Shown: in pieces, positions 10,319-19,073 of the stretch | How the letters are laid out: every line of letters starts with the position of its first letter | Numbering within the stretch: position 1 is the stretch's first letter | Origin: an uncultured Verrucomicrobiota bacterium | Lineage (GTDB): Bacteria; Verrucomicrobiota; Verrucomicrobiia; Palsa-1439 | Direction of reading: 5' to 3' | Length of the DNA: 35,645 nucleotides | Assembly (NCBI GenBank): GCA_964487175.1 | Contig: CAZAQZ010000001.1 | Span: 1 to 35,645 of the forward strand | The notes under the pieces: generated by a model | The model's input: the letters and a program-made list of their open reading frames with translations, nothing else | Database searches by the model: none | What the model was told of the DNA's origin: nothing | Program-made: the position numbers and the translations under genes

Positions 10319-10323
10319 TTGAA

Positions 10324-12144
10324 ATGAACCACGACCTTCAACAAATCCTCGCCTCGCTCGACCAGCGTCCGAGTATGGCGGCGTACATGCAAGCCGCGCG
10401 GCAGATACCATCGCTCCGCGAAGTGCTCGTGCCCGTGCGCCTGGCGCTGCTGGCGTCGTTCACCATCGATTCCCACGCGCCATTTCTGGTTGTCGAGGCG
10501 GCACGGCTGGGATTTGGCGGGGAGATGTACGTCGCTCCGTTCAATTCGGTGAAACAGGAACTGTTTGATCCAAGCAGCGGCTGCGCCCGGCATAAACCCG
10601 ACGTCGTGTTCATTGCGAATCTTCTGACAGATGTTTCACCGGCGCTGGCGAATGAATCGCTCGCGCAGGATGCGGCGCAACTGGATCAACAAATCGACGC
10701 GCTCGTTGCCGACACCCTTGCCCCGGTGCAGGAATTCTGGAAACGTTGTGGGGCAACCGTGATTCTCCACAATTTCACGCGTCCACGCTATCCCGCGCTC
10801 GGCATTTACGAAGGAATGGCGGCTGGTTCTCCGACGGACGTGATCAATCGCATCAACGCGCGCCTGGCGAAGGCGGCGGCGGCGATTCCGGGTGTTTACG
10901 TCCTCGATTTCGACCGCGTTTGCGCGGAGGTCGGCTACGCCAATTGTTACGACGACAAGATGTGGTATCTGGGCCGCTCGCCATTTTCAGTTTCCGTGTG
11001 GCAGTTGCTCGCCCAGAATCAGGCAGCATTCATCCGCGCGCTGCTTGGTCCGCAGCGGAAATGTCTCGTGCTCGATTTGGACAACGTTCTCTGGGGCGGG
11101 ATCATTGGCGAAGCCGGACTGGCCAACATCAAGCTTGGTCAAACTTATCCCGGCAACGTGTTCCGGGATATCCAGCAGGCTGTGTTGGAATTGTATCACC
11201 GGGGCATACTGCTGGCGATCAACAGCAAGAACAATCCCGCGGACGTGGACGAAGTGTTCGCCTCGCATCCCGACATGATTCTGAAGAAACAACATTTCGC
11301 CTGCATCCGCGTCAATTGGCAGGACAAACCGTCGAACATGCGGGAGATCGCCCGAGAATTGAACATCGGCATCGAGAGCCTGGTGTTCTTTGACGACAAT
11401 CCCGCCGAGCAGGAATTGATGCGCGAAGCGTTGCCGCAGGTCTTGACGCTGCCCGTGCCTGCTGAGCCGATGAAATACGTGAAAGCGCTCCGGGACAGCC
11501 GCGCGTTCGACCGTTTGTCGCTCACCGACGAAGACCGCCGTCGCGGCGAGATGTACCGGCAACAATCTGCCCGCCATCAACTCGAGCAGTTGGCCACGTC
11601 GCTCCAGGATTTCCTGACCGGCTTGCAAATGTCGGTCGCCATTGACCGCGTCGATGAATTTGCCTTCCCGCGTGTCGCCGACTTGTTCCAGAAGACGAAT
11701 CAATTCAATCTTACGACACGCCGGCATCTCGCGCCGCAGCTCCGCGCGAAGATGGACGACCCGGCTTGTGGCGTGTTCAGCCTGCGGGTAATCGACCGGT
11801 TTGGCGACAATGGCATCGTGGGTGTGGCCATTATCCAGCAACAGGACGAGACGGCGGTAATCGAATCCTTGTTAATGAGTTGCCGTGTCATTGGGCGCAC
11901 GATCGAGACTGCGTTGTTGTCGTTCCTCGTGGATTGGGCGAAGGATCGCGGCCTCGGCGCGCTGGAAGGCGAGTTCATCCCCACGGCCAAGAATGTGCCG
12001 GCGGCGGATTTCTACGCCCGACATGGATTTTCGCAATTGGGTGGCGCCGCCCTCGGAACGCGGTGGCGATTGGAGCTTAACAAAGTTCCGTTCCAGTGGC
12101 CGACCTACATTCTACGCAGCGCGCAGGCTGTCGCAGGAAAATAA
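10324..12144 (+). CDS. FkbH-like HAD-IIIC family enzyme (putative glyceryl-S-ACP forming)
   Basis: HAD motifs: I LVLDLDNVLWGG, II LAINSKN, III VFFDDNP. The C-terminal acyltransferase-like domain has a conserved Cys (LLMSCRVIGR). I took the start at ATG 10324 (MNHDLQQ), 5 nt after the GT2 stop. The longer track ORF (9976) would overlap the GT2 gene. Confidence 0.85.
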   Translation: MNHDLQQILASLDQRPSMAAYMQAARQIPSLREVLVPVRLALLASFTIDSHAPFLVVEAARLGFGGEMYVAPFNSVKQELFDPSSGCARHKPDVVFIANLLTDVSPALANESLAQDAAQLDQQIDALVADTLAPVQEFWKRCGATVILHNFTRPRYPALGIYEGMAAGSPTDVINRINARLAKAAAAIPGVYVLDFDRVCAEVGYANCYDDKMWYLGRSPFSVSVWQLLAQNQAAFIRALLGPQRKCLVLDLDNVLWGGIIGEAGLANIKLGQTYPGNVFRDIQQAVLELYHRGILLAINSKNNPADVDEVFASHPDMILKKQHFACIRVNWQDKPSNMREIARELNIGIESLVFFDDNPAEQELMREALPQVLTLPVPAEPMKYVKALRDSRAFDRLSLTDEDRRRGEMYRQQSARHQLEQLATSLQDFLTGLQMSVAIDRVDEFAFPRVADLFQKTNQFNLTTRRHLAPQLRAKMDDPACGVFSLRVIDRFGDNGIVGVAIIQQQDETAVIESLLMSCRVIGRTIETALLSFLVDWAKDRGLGALEGEFIPTAKNVPAADFYARHGFSQLGGAALGTRWRLELNKVPFQWPTYILRSAQAVAGK

Positions 12145-12145
12145 G

Positions 12146-12421
12146 ATGAACGCAACGAATGGCAAAGTCGTGAGCGCCACAGTCAAGACCTACGATCGTC
12201 TGTGCCAGATGATAGCCGGAGTGCTTGGCGTGACCGCGTCAGAGTTATCGGACACATCCTCCCCGGACACGATCGCGGCATGGGATTCGTTAAATCATTT
12301 GAATCTTGTAATGGCGTTGGAAAGCGAATTTGGCGTCAGCCTGTCGCCGGAAGACGCGCTGGAAATGCGCACGGTTGGATTGATGCGCGAGATTCTTCGG
12401 CGCAACGGAGTGGAAATCTGA
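12146..12421 (+). CDS. Acyl carrier protein
   Basis: It is 91 aa with the phosphopantetheine attachment motif AWDSLNHLNLVMALE (DSL). The ATG at 12146 lies 1 nt after the FkbH-like stop. Confidence 0.9.
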   Translation: MNATNGKVVSATVKTYDRLCQMIAGVLGVTASELSDTSSPDTIAAWDSLNHLNLVMALESEFGVSLSPEDALEMRTVGLMREILRRNGVEI

Positions 12422-13521
12422 TGAAGACGGCCTTCGTGGATTGCCAGGAACGGCAGATCGGGGAAGTGCGCGAGTTCTTCGCGCGGGCATACCGGCCGAC
12501 GTATCGATTGGCGACGGATGAATCTTTGTTGCGGTGGCAATATGGTCCGACGCCATCCAGTCCCAACAAGCCTTGTCATTTGAAGCTCTCCTTGCTCGAT
12601 GGAGCGGTGGCGGGATGCCTGGGTTACATCCCGGCAGAGGTCAGCCTGAATGGACATATCTTGAAGGGCGCGTGGGTCGCGAACTGGATGGTCGATCCCG
12701 AGCAGCGGCGGTTGGGACTCGGTCCGTTCTTGATGCGCGAGGTTGTGAAACAATTTCAAGTGAACCTGGATTTGGGCGCGAATGAAGACGCGCGTGACTT
12801 ACTGTCCCGGATGGGCTGGAAGGATTTTGGCAATCTGGCACGGTACGTATGCGTGCTGGATTTATCAGGGACAGCTGCCTTGACCGAGAGCGGACGGTTG
12901 CAGTGGCCATCAGCGGCAGCGCCCCTGCCAGGGATTTCGAAAGGTCGTTCCATCGAAGTCGGGATGGTCGATGAATTCGATGACGAAGCGACGGAACTGT
13001 GGGATCGCACGTGGGGCGCGAAGGACTCTCACGCGGGCGGTACGCGCCGTTCGGCGGCGTTTCTCAACTGGAGATACGCGAGTCATCCGGTATTCAAGTA
13101 TCGCCTGTTTGAAGTTCACCAAAACGGGCGGCTCAGCGGCGTTGCGGTCTATCACGTCGAACACGTCCGAGATCTTCCAGTACGCGTGGGCCGGATGGTG
13201 GAACTGATCCTCGACGTCGCGCACCCGTCCGACTCCGACGGTGTGCTGTTGAGGGCCGTGATGGAGGATGCGAAATCGCAAGGCGTCGCGGTGATGGATT
13301 TCTTCAATGCGAGCAAACGTCTCGCGGATGTGATGACGCGCCATGGATTTCTACCAGGTGAGAGCGAACCGGCGATGCAGATCCCGATGTTATTTCAGCC
13401 GGTGGACCGGCGGCGATCGGGGATTCGTTTCATGGCGAGCCTGGGGAATGTTCCCGAAGCAGCGGAAGTGCAGGACTGGTACGTTACGAAGAGCGATGGC
13501 GACCAAGACCGGCCAAACTGA
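12421..13521 (+). CDS. Large GNAT-like (FemAB/Acetyltransf_6-like) acyltransferase
   Basis: It is 366 aa with a GNAT-like core (GAWVANWMVDPEQRRLGLGPFLMREV) and a second C-terminal lobe. The start overlaps the ACP stop (TGATG). It is a paralogue of 23465-24517. Family assignment is from motif resemblance only. Confidence 0.7.
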   Translation: MKTAFVDCQERQIGEVREFFARAYRPTYRLATDESLLRWQYGPTPSSPNKPCHLKLSLLDGAVAGCLGYIPAEVSLNGHILKGAWVANWMVDPEQRRLGLGPFLMREVVKQFQVNLDLGANEDARDLLSRMGWKDFGNLARYVCVLDLSGTAALTESGRLQWPSAAAPLPGISKGRSIEVGMVDEFDDEATELWDRTWGAKDSHAGGTRRSAAFLNWRYASHPVFKYRLFEVHQNGRLSGVAVYHVEHVRDLPVRVGRMVELILDVAHPSDSDGVLLRAVMEDAKSQGVAVMDFFNASKRLADVMTRHGFLPGESEPAMQIPMLFQPVDRRRSGIRFMASLGNVPEAAEVQDWYVTKSDGDQDRPN

Positions 13522-13524
13522 TGA

Positions 13525-13989
13525 ATGAGCGCGACGAACATGATGCAATGGGCTGATATCGAGCGGATTAAAGCAGGCGACACGGCGGCGTGCGATTTTG
13601 TCGTGAACGCGCAGGCCGTGCAGACGTTCGCCGATTTATCCCTGGACGACAACGCGCTGCACATGGACGCCGCGGTCGCGGAATCGTGCGGGTTTCTCAA
13701 GCGTGTTGCACACGGCATGCTGGCGTTGAGCGCGATCTCGCGGCTGATCGGCACGCAATTGCCTGGGCATGGCTCGTTGTGGAGCTCTGAGGAATTACGA
13801 TTTGTCACTCCGGTGTTTGTGGGTGATTCACTCACGGCGCGGGTCACGGTCGAACAGGTTTCGCGCGGCGCCGGGATGGTGAAATTGAAGACGGAAGTTC
13901 AGAACAACACTACCGGTGCGGTCGTGCTATCCGGCACAGCGATGGTCAAGGTTCCGCTGCGCAAGGACAAGGAAGGGAAACCGGCATGA
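13525..13989 (+). CDS. MaoC-like hotdog-fold (R)-specific dehydratase/hydratase
   Basis: Hydratase-2-like motif FADLSLDDNALHMD (Asp/His pair) followed by VAHGML. The ~154 aa length fits a single hotdog domain. Confidence 0.85.
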   Translation: MSATNMMQWADIERIKAGDTAACDFVVNAQAVQTFADLSLDDNALHMDAAVAESCGFLKRVAHGMLALSAISRLIGTQLPGHGSLWSSEELRFVTPVFVGDSLTARVTVEQVSRGAGMVKLKTEVQNNTTGAVVLSGTAMVKVPLRKDKEGKPA

Positions 13990-14960
13990 GCGCATCGAGT
14001 CCTTCCTTGTGGGCGATCAATTACCACTACGTCCGGGATCTTTCGCGCACGCGATATCCGCGCATTCGGGGCCGGTTGACAAGCGATTTCGAACAGCAGG
14101 TCGCATGGTTGAGCGAACGGTGTGAAATGGCCACGCTTGAATCGGCAGCGGATTTTCTGGCAGGCAAATACGAAGCGGGCCGCGATTTGTGCCTGCTGAC
14201 GTTCGACGACGGATTGAAGGACCATTACACCAACGTGTTGCCGATCCTTGCCGACCGGGGAATCCAGGGACTGTTTTTCATCTGCACGGTCTGCCTGGAG
14301 AAAAACTATGTACTGCCGGTCCACAAGAACCATTTCCTGATGGCTGCACTGGAATTCAACGAGTACCGGAAGGCATTTTTAGAGCAGTTGGCCCTGTTGA
14401 CGAGCGAGACGCCGGACACGGTTGATGTCGAGAAAGCGAAACTCGGTTATCCGTACGACAGCGAAGAAGTGGCAGTGTTCAAGTTTTTTCTCAATTACGT
14501 TGTCGCCGAGCCGCTGCGAGTACGAGTGCTGGATGTATTGTTCGAAAGATATTTCGGCAATGAAGCGGCGTTTGCGAAGGAATTGTATCTGAACTGGGAT
14601 GAAGCCCAGCAGATGCAAACCGGCGGAATGATCATTGGTGGTCACACCCACAATCACGTGGCGCTCTCAACGCTGAGCAACGAGGAGCAGGCGGTGGATT
14701 TGGCCACGTGCGGCTCGGTGTTGCGCAAACGTCTCAAGCCGCAGGAATTCTGGCCATTCTGTTATCCATATGGCCACAGCTATTCGTTCAATGCCGCGAC
14801 CATCCAGCGGCTCAAGGCAGTCGGCTTCATATGCGCATTCACCACGGAAACCGGCTCAAACCGGCCCGGCGATGATCTGTTCACTTTGCGGCGGGTTGAT
14901 ACCAACGACGTGTTGAAGAAAATGCAGCCCGTGCAGGCTGCAGTAACGGCGAGCAAATAG
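13986..14960 (+). CDS. Polysaccharide deacetylase family protein (NodB homology / CE4)
   Basis: NodB motif 1 is LLTFDDGLKDHY and the His motif is GGHTHNH. ATGA overlap with the MaoC gene. Confidence 0.85.
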   Translation: MSASSPSLWAINYHYVRDLSRTRYPRIRGRLTSDFEQQVAWLSERCEMATLESAADFLAGKYEAGRDLCLLTFDDGLKDHYTNVLPILADRGIQGLFFICTVCLEKNYVLPVHKNHFLMAALEFNEYRKAFLEQLALLTSETPDTVDVEKAKLGYPYDSEEVAVFKFFLNYVVAEPLRVRVLDVLFERYFGNEAAFAKELYLNWDEAQQMQTGGMIIGGHTHNHVALSTLSNEEQAVDLATCGSVLRKRLKPQEFWPFCYPYGHSYSFNAATIQRLKAVGFICAFTTETGSNRPGDDLFTLRRVDTNDVLKKMQPVQAAVTASK

Positions 14961-14964
14961 ATCT

Positions 14965-16722
14965 ATGTGTGGCATCATCGGAATGTTTGGTTCAGGGATT
15001 GACCGCGCACTGTTCGACGCGGCAGTCGCCAGTCAGGGTCATCGCGGTCCGGACGCGACGGGCGTGCACATTTCGCCCAGCGGTTTGGCGGCGCTGGGCC
15101 ACAACCGGCTCAGTATCATTGATCTCTCCGATGCGGGTCGCCAACCAATGCCCGATTCAAGCGGGCGTTACTGGATTGTTTTCAACGGCGAGGTGTACAA
15201 CTACATCGAGCTGCGCAAGGAATTGGAATCGCATTACGCCTTCCGGTCGCAAACGGACACAGAAGTTCTGCTGGCGGCTTATGAGAAATGGGGCGAAGCA
15301 TGTCTCGACCGGCTCATCGGCATGTTCGCGTTTGCGATTTGGGACGAGCAGAAACAGGAATTATTCGCGGCGCGTGACCGGTTCGGAGTCAAGCCGCTCT
15401 ATCTATACGAGCCGGCGGGTGGGAGCCTATGGCTCGCCAGCGAGATTAAGGCGCTTCATGCGGCGGGAGCGCCTGCGGACATGGACGGTATCGCTTGGGC
15501 GACGTATTTGGCGTCCGGCATGTACGATCATGGAACCAGGACGTTCTGGCGTGATGTCCGGCGCGTGCCACCGGGCGGCTGTCTGACGTGGAGCGTACGC
15601 AACGGTCTCAAAGAACGCATCTGGTACGATCCCGCGACGGCAGTGTTGAGACTCGGCATGGACACGCGCAGCGACACCGAGGTGGGACACGAACTTCTGG
15701 AATTGCTCGAGAACAGCGTCAAACTCCGATTTCGGGCGGATGTGCCGGTCGGTGTCTGTCTTTCCGGCGGATTCGATTCCTCCTTGTTGCTGGGACTGGT
15801 GCATCGTCTTCAAGGCAACGACTCGAGCGTCAAGACGTTCACTTTTTTTTGTGGCGACCCAGCGTATGATGAAACGCCATGGGTCGAGAAGATGCTCGAA
15901 GCGACCAAGCATCCGTCATTTTTCTGCCGGTTGAGCGCCGATGAAGTTCCGGAACTCGCGGCGCGCGTGCAAAGCTTCCAGGATGAACCGTTTGGTGGAC
16001 TGCCCACACTGGGCATGGCGAAGGTTCATGAACGCGCGGCCGCCGAGGGCGTGATTGTGTTGCTGGACGGCAACGGTCTCGACGAAGGATGGGCTGGATA
16101 CGATTATTACGCGCGGGCCCGCGATGTGGACGCATCCGTCGGGCCGGTGCAGGGCTCGACCGGGAAGACCAAGCAAGGGGCCTGTCTGGTGGCGGACTTT
16201 GCCCGGCTGGCATTGCCGTTCGTGCTGGCGCGACCATTTGGCGATGCATTGCTTGACCTGCAGTACCGTGACATCATGCAGGCGAAAATACCTCGGGCGA
16301 TGCGGTTTGCAGACCGGGTTTCGATGATGTACAGCCGGGAATTGCGCGAACCATTTCTGGATCATCGGATTGTGGAGTTGGGATTGCGTCAGCCCGCGGA
16401 CCGGAAAATACGCGATAGTCAGGGCAAGTGGTTACCACGGCAGATTGCTGCGCAACTTGTCCCCGGTGGCGTGCGTGAGGCGCCGAAACGGCCTGTCCAA
16501 ACACCGCAGCGGGAATGGTTGCGCGGTCCGCTCAAGGGGTGGGTTGAAACGCAATTGGAGATTGTGTTGGGCGAATTTGGCGGGAGTTGGTTCGATGAGG
16601 CGGCGATGAGACAGCGGTGGAGCGATTATCAGCAGCAGGGCGGAGACAACAGTTTCTTTCTCTGGCAGTGGGTGAATCTGGGGCTGATGTTGCAAAAGCA
16701 GGGAGCAGGGGCACTGGTATGA
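14965..16722 (+). CDS. Asparagine synthase-like glutamine amidotransferase (AsnB family)
   Basis: N-terminal nucleophile MCGIIG and PP-loop motif CLSGGFDSS. The length is 585 aa. Confidence 0.9.
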   Translation: MCGIIGMFGSGIDRALFDAAVASQGHRGPDATGVHISPSGLAALGHNRLSIIDLSDAGRQPMPDSSGRYWIVFNGEVYNYIELRKELESHYAFRSQTDTEVLLAAYEKWGEACLDRLIGMFAFAIWDEQKQELFAARDRFGVKPLYLYEPAGGSLWLASEIKALHAAGAPADMDGIAWATYLASGMYDHGTRTFWRDVRRVPPGGCLTWSVRNGLKERIWYDPATAVLRLGMDTRSDTEVGHELLELLENSVKLRFRADVPVGVCLSGGFDSSLLLGLVHRLQGNDSSVKTFTFFCGDPAYDETPWVEKMLEATKHPSFFCRLSADEVPELAARVQSFQDEPFGGLPTLGMAKVHERAAAEGVIVLLDGNGLDEGWAGYDYYARARDVDASVGPVQGSTGKTKQGACLVADFARLALPFVLARPFGDALLDLQYRDIMQAKIPRAMRFADRVSMMYSRELREPFLDHRIVELGLRQPADRKIRDSQGKWLPRQIAAQLVPGGVREAPKRPVQTPQREWLRGPLKGWVETQLEIVLGEFGGSWFDEAAMRQRWSDYQQQGGDNSFFLWQWVNLGLMLQKQGAGALV

Positions 16723-18014
16723 GTGATGTTGCAATTCGAGTTGTGAACGTGGGGAAGCAATTCCTCATTGGGGCCAAGCAGAGTGCATCGAGCGCGTTCG
16801 GCCATCGGCCCATGCTGCATGAGCGGTTGACCTCCGCCGCGAAGCGTGCGGTGAGCGCGCCGTTCAGAAAGAAGCACAGCAAGACGGAATCGTTTTGGGC
16901 GTTGCAGGATGTGTCGTTCGAGGTCCAGCGCGGCGAAGCCGTGGGTATTGTCGGCCACAACGGCGCAGGCAAAAGCACACTGCTGAAAATTCTTTCGCGG
17001 ATCACCGAACCAACGATTGGGTATGCGGACATATATGGCCGGCTGAGTTCCTTGCTCGAAGTGGGCACGGGGTTTCACCCGGAATTGACTGGCCGGGAGA
17101 ATATCTATCTCAATGCGGCGATTCTCGGAATGAAAGCGTCTGACATCGAGCGCAAATTTGACGAGATTGTCGCCTTTGCCGAAGTGGAGAAATTTATCGA
17201 CACGGCCGCCAAGCATTATTCGACCGGCATGTACCTGCGCCTGGCGTTTTCGGTGGCGGCCCATCTGGAGCCGGAAATCCTGCTGGTCGACGAGGTGCTG
17301 GCGGTCGGCGACGCGTCATTCCAGAAGAAATGCCTCGGCAAAATGGAAGACGTGGCGAAACAGGGGCGCACCGTACTATTTGTCAGCCACAACATGGCGG
17401 CGGTGGAAGGTCTATGCCAGAAGGTTGTCTGGCTGCAGCATGGGCGCATTCACCAAATCGGCGATTCCCACGAGATTGTACCATTATATCTTCGCACCGC
17501 GCTTGAGACGATCACCGAACAATGCTGGGACGATCCGAATACCGCTCCGGGCAACGATAAGGTGCGCTTACATCGCGTTTGCGTGCGACCGGCCGACAAT
17601 GACGCGCTGGGGTCCATCAATATTCGTACACAGTACGTGATCGAGTTCGAATACTGGAACATGGTTCCCGACTCGCGGCTCGACCTCAGCTTTCATTTGT
17701 ACAATGAGCAGGGGATCATGGTGTTCAATCACAACACCTATCTCGAGCAGGCCTGGCACGGCCGCCCGCGTCCCCAAGGCCTGTTCCGCTCGACCTGTTT
17801 CATCCCAGGCGACCTGATGAACGATGGCGAACACAAGGTCAACCTCGTCGTTACGTCCGATCAGGCGCAGGCGATTTACAAGCACTCTGACCTTTTGGCC
17901 TTTACGGTGCTCGATGCGCCGGAAATGCGAAACGCGTGGCACGGTCGGTGGCCGGGCGCGGTGCGGCCGAATTTGAAATGGAAGACGGAGTTTCTGGAAA
18001 ACTCCGAGCACTGA
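16719..18014 (+). CDS. wzt: Polysaccharide ABC exporter ATP-binding protein with C-terminal Wzt_C-like domain
   Basis: Walker A GHNGAGKST, signature YSTGMYLRLAF, Walker B ILLVDE. About 160 extra C-terminal residues are beta-rich (RVCVRP...IEFEYWN...LSFHLYNEQG...VNLVV). ATG 16719 overlaps the asnB-like stop (ATGA). Confidence 0.9.
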   Translation: MSDVAIRVVNVGKQFLIGAKQSASSAFGHRPMLHERLTSAAKRAVSAPFRKKHSKTESFWALQDVSFEVQRGEAVGIVGHNGAGKSTLLKILSRITEPTIGYADIYGRLSSLLEVGTGFHPELTGRENIYLNAAILGMKASDIERKFDEIVAFAEVEKFIDTAAKHYSTGMYLRLAFSVAAHLEPEILLVDEVLAVGDASFQKKCLGKMEDVAKQGRTVLFVSHNMAAVEGLCQKVVWLQHGRIHQIGDSHEIVPLYLRTALETITEQCWDDPNTAPGNDKVRLHRVCVRPADNDALGSINIRTQYVIEFEYWNMVPDSRLDLSFHLYNEQGIMVFNHNTYLEQAWHGRPRPQGLFRSTCFIPGDLMNDGEHKVNLVVTSDQAQAIYKHSDLLAFTVLDAPEMRNAWHGRWPGAVRPNLKWKTEFLENSEH

Positions 18015-18035
18015 GCGAACGCCGGTCCTTTGCAA

Positions 18036-19073
18036 ATGAAACCGACTGTTACAGTCATCATGCCGGCGCACAACGCCGAGAAGTGGATTGGCGTGGCCAT
18101 TGCCAGCGTATTGCGGCAGACCTATCGGGAGTTCGATTTGTGGGTGCTGGAAAACGGTTCGACGGACGGCACGCTCGAGGTCGCCAGACAATTTAACGAT
18201 CCACGGCTGAAGGTATTCAGCCTGGGGCGTGTAGGTTTCCAAGGCGCCCTGCAGTACGCAATCGAGAACGCGAAATCCGACTGGCTGGCGCGCATGGACG
18301 CTGACGACATCATGCTGCCCCAGCGGCTGCAGATCCAGATGGAGTTTCTGGAAAAACATCCCGAGTTCGTGTTTGTCGGCACCGCGTATGCTCTTTTGAC
18401 CCCGTTCGGCCACATATTTGAGCGTTTGCCGCGCATCGAGGCGCGGCAGGTGGACCGGGCGTTTTTAGGCGTAGGCCGCGGACGCTTTGGCGACCCGTGC
18501 ACGGTGTTCAACCGGCGGGCGGCGCTGGAAGCGGGCGGAGTGGACCCGGAGTTCACGATGGGTGATGTGCCATTGTGGTTTCGGTTGTTGACGCGCGGAA
18601 AAGGCTGGCAGCTTGGCCTGCCGCTGCATGTGTACCGCATGAGTGCGCGGTCGATGAGCAAGGACATGGCTTTCATTGAGGAATGCATGAGAGCACGTAA
18701 AAAGTACGCGCCCGAAGTTGTCGGCTCAGCGTTTCCCAAGGCGGGCTGCAAAGGGAATTTCTGGGGCCAGATTGTACTGATGGAATTACTGGCAGGTGAC
18801 ATTAAATCAATGCGACAGGCGATCGCCTTGCTCGAACGAGAAGGCGATTTTGGAGCCGAAGCGCGCCGGATGTTGCAGCGCAGCTACGGCGGGATGCTCA
18901 CCTCGGCAGCCTACAGGTTCCACTATCGCAATCGCTATCGCCGGCGGACCGATTGGGAGCGCGATCTCGCGGAGTTGGTGGCCATGTCTGCGGGTGTCGG
19001 ACAGGAGATTTTGATTGATCAGGAGCGGGGGATCACTGAGGAGCGAACCAGAGAAACGAAAGCGCACGCATGA
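18036..19073 (+). CDS. Glycosyltransferase family 2
   Basis: GT-A signature VTVIMPAHNAEKWIGVAIASVLRQTY...LENGSTDGT and a DxD-type motif RMDADD. I preferred ATG 18036 over the TTG at 18030. Confidence 0.85.
   Translation: MKPTVTVIMPAHNAEKWIGVAIASVLRQTYREFDLWVLENGSTDGTLEVARQFNDPRLKVFSLGRVGFQGALQYAIENAKSDWLARMDADDIMLPQRLQIQMEFLEKHPEFVFVGTAYALLTPFGHIFERLPRIEARQVDRAFLGVGRGRFGDPCTVFNRRAALEAGGVDPEFTMGDVPLWFRLLTRGKGWQLGLPLHVYRMSARSMSKDMAFIEECMRARKKYAPEVVGSAFPKAGCKGNFWGQIVLMELLAGDIKSMRQAIALLEREGDFGAEARRMLQRSYGGMLTSAAYRFHYRNRYRRRTDWERDLAELVAMSAGVGQEILIDQERGITEERTRETKAHA

Noticed and set aside
9976-10323. 5' extensions of track ORFs that overlap the preceding gene: 9976 for the FkbH-like gene, 11885 for the ACP, 12202 for the GNAT, 16617 for wzt, 21874 for the orphan GT-B-like gene, 23351 for GNAT2, 24457, 25481, 29015, 31629.
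   Set aside because: The extensions read as low-complexity Arg/Gly-rich sequence and would overlap upstream genes by 100-350 nt. In each case an in-frame ATG or GTG sits at or just after the upstream stop codon and gives a protein that starts where family homology starts.
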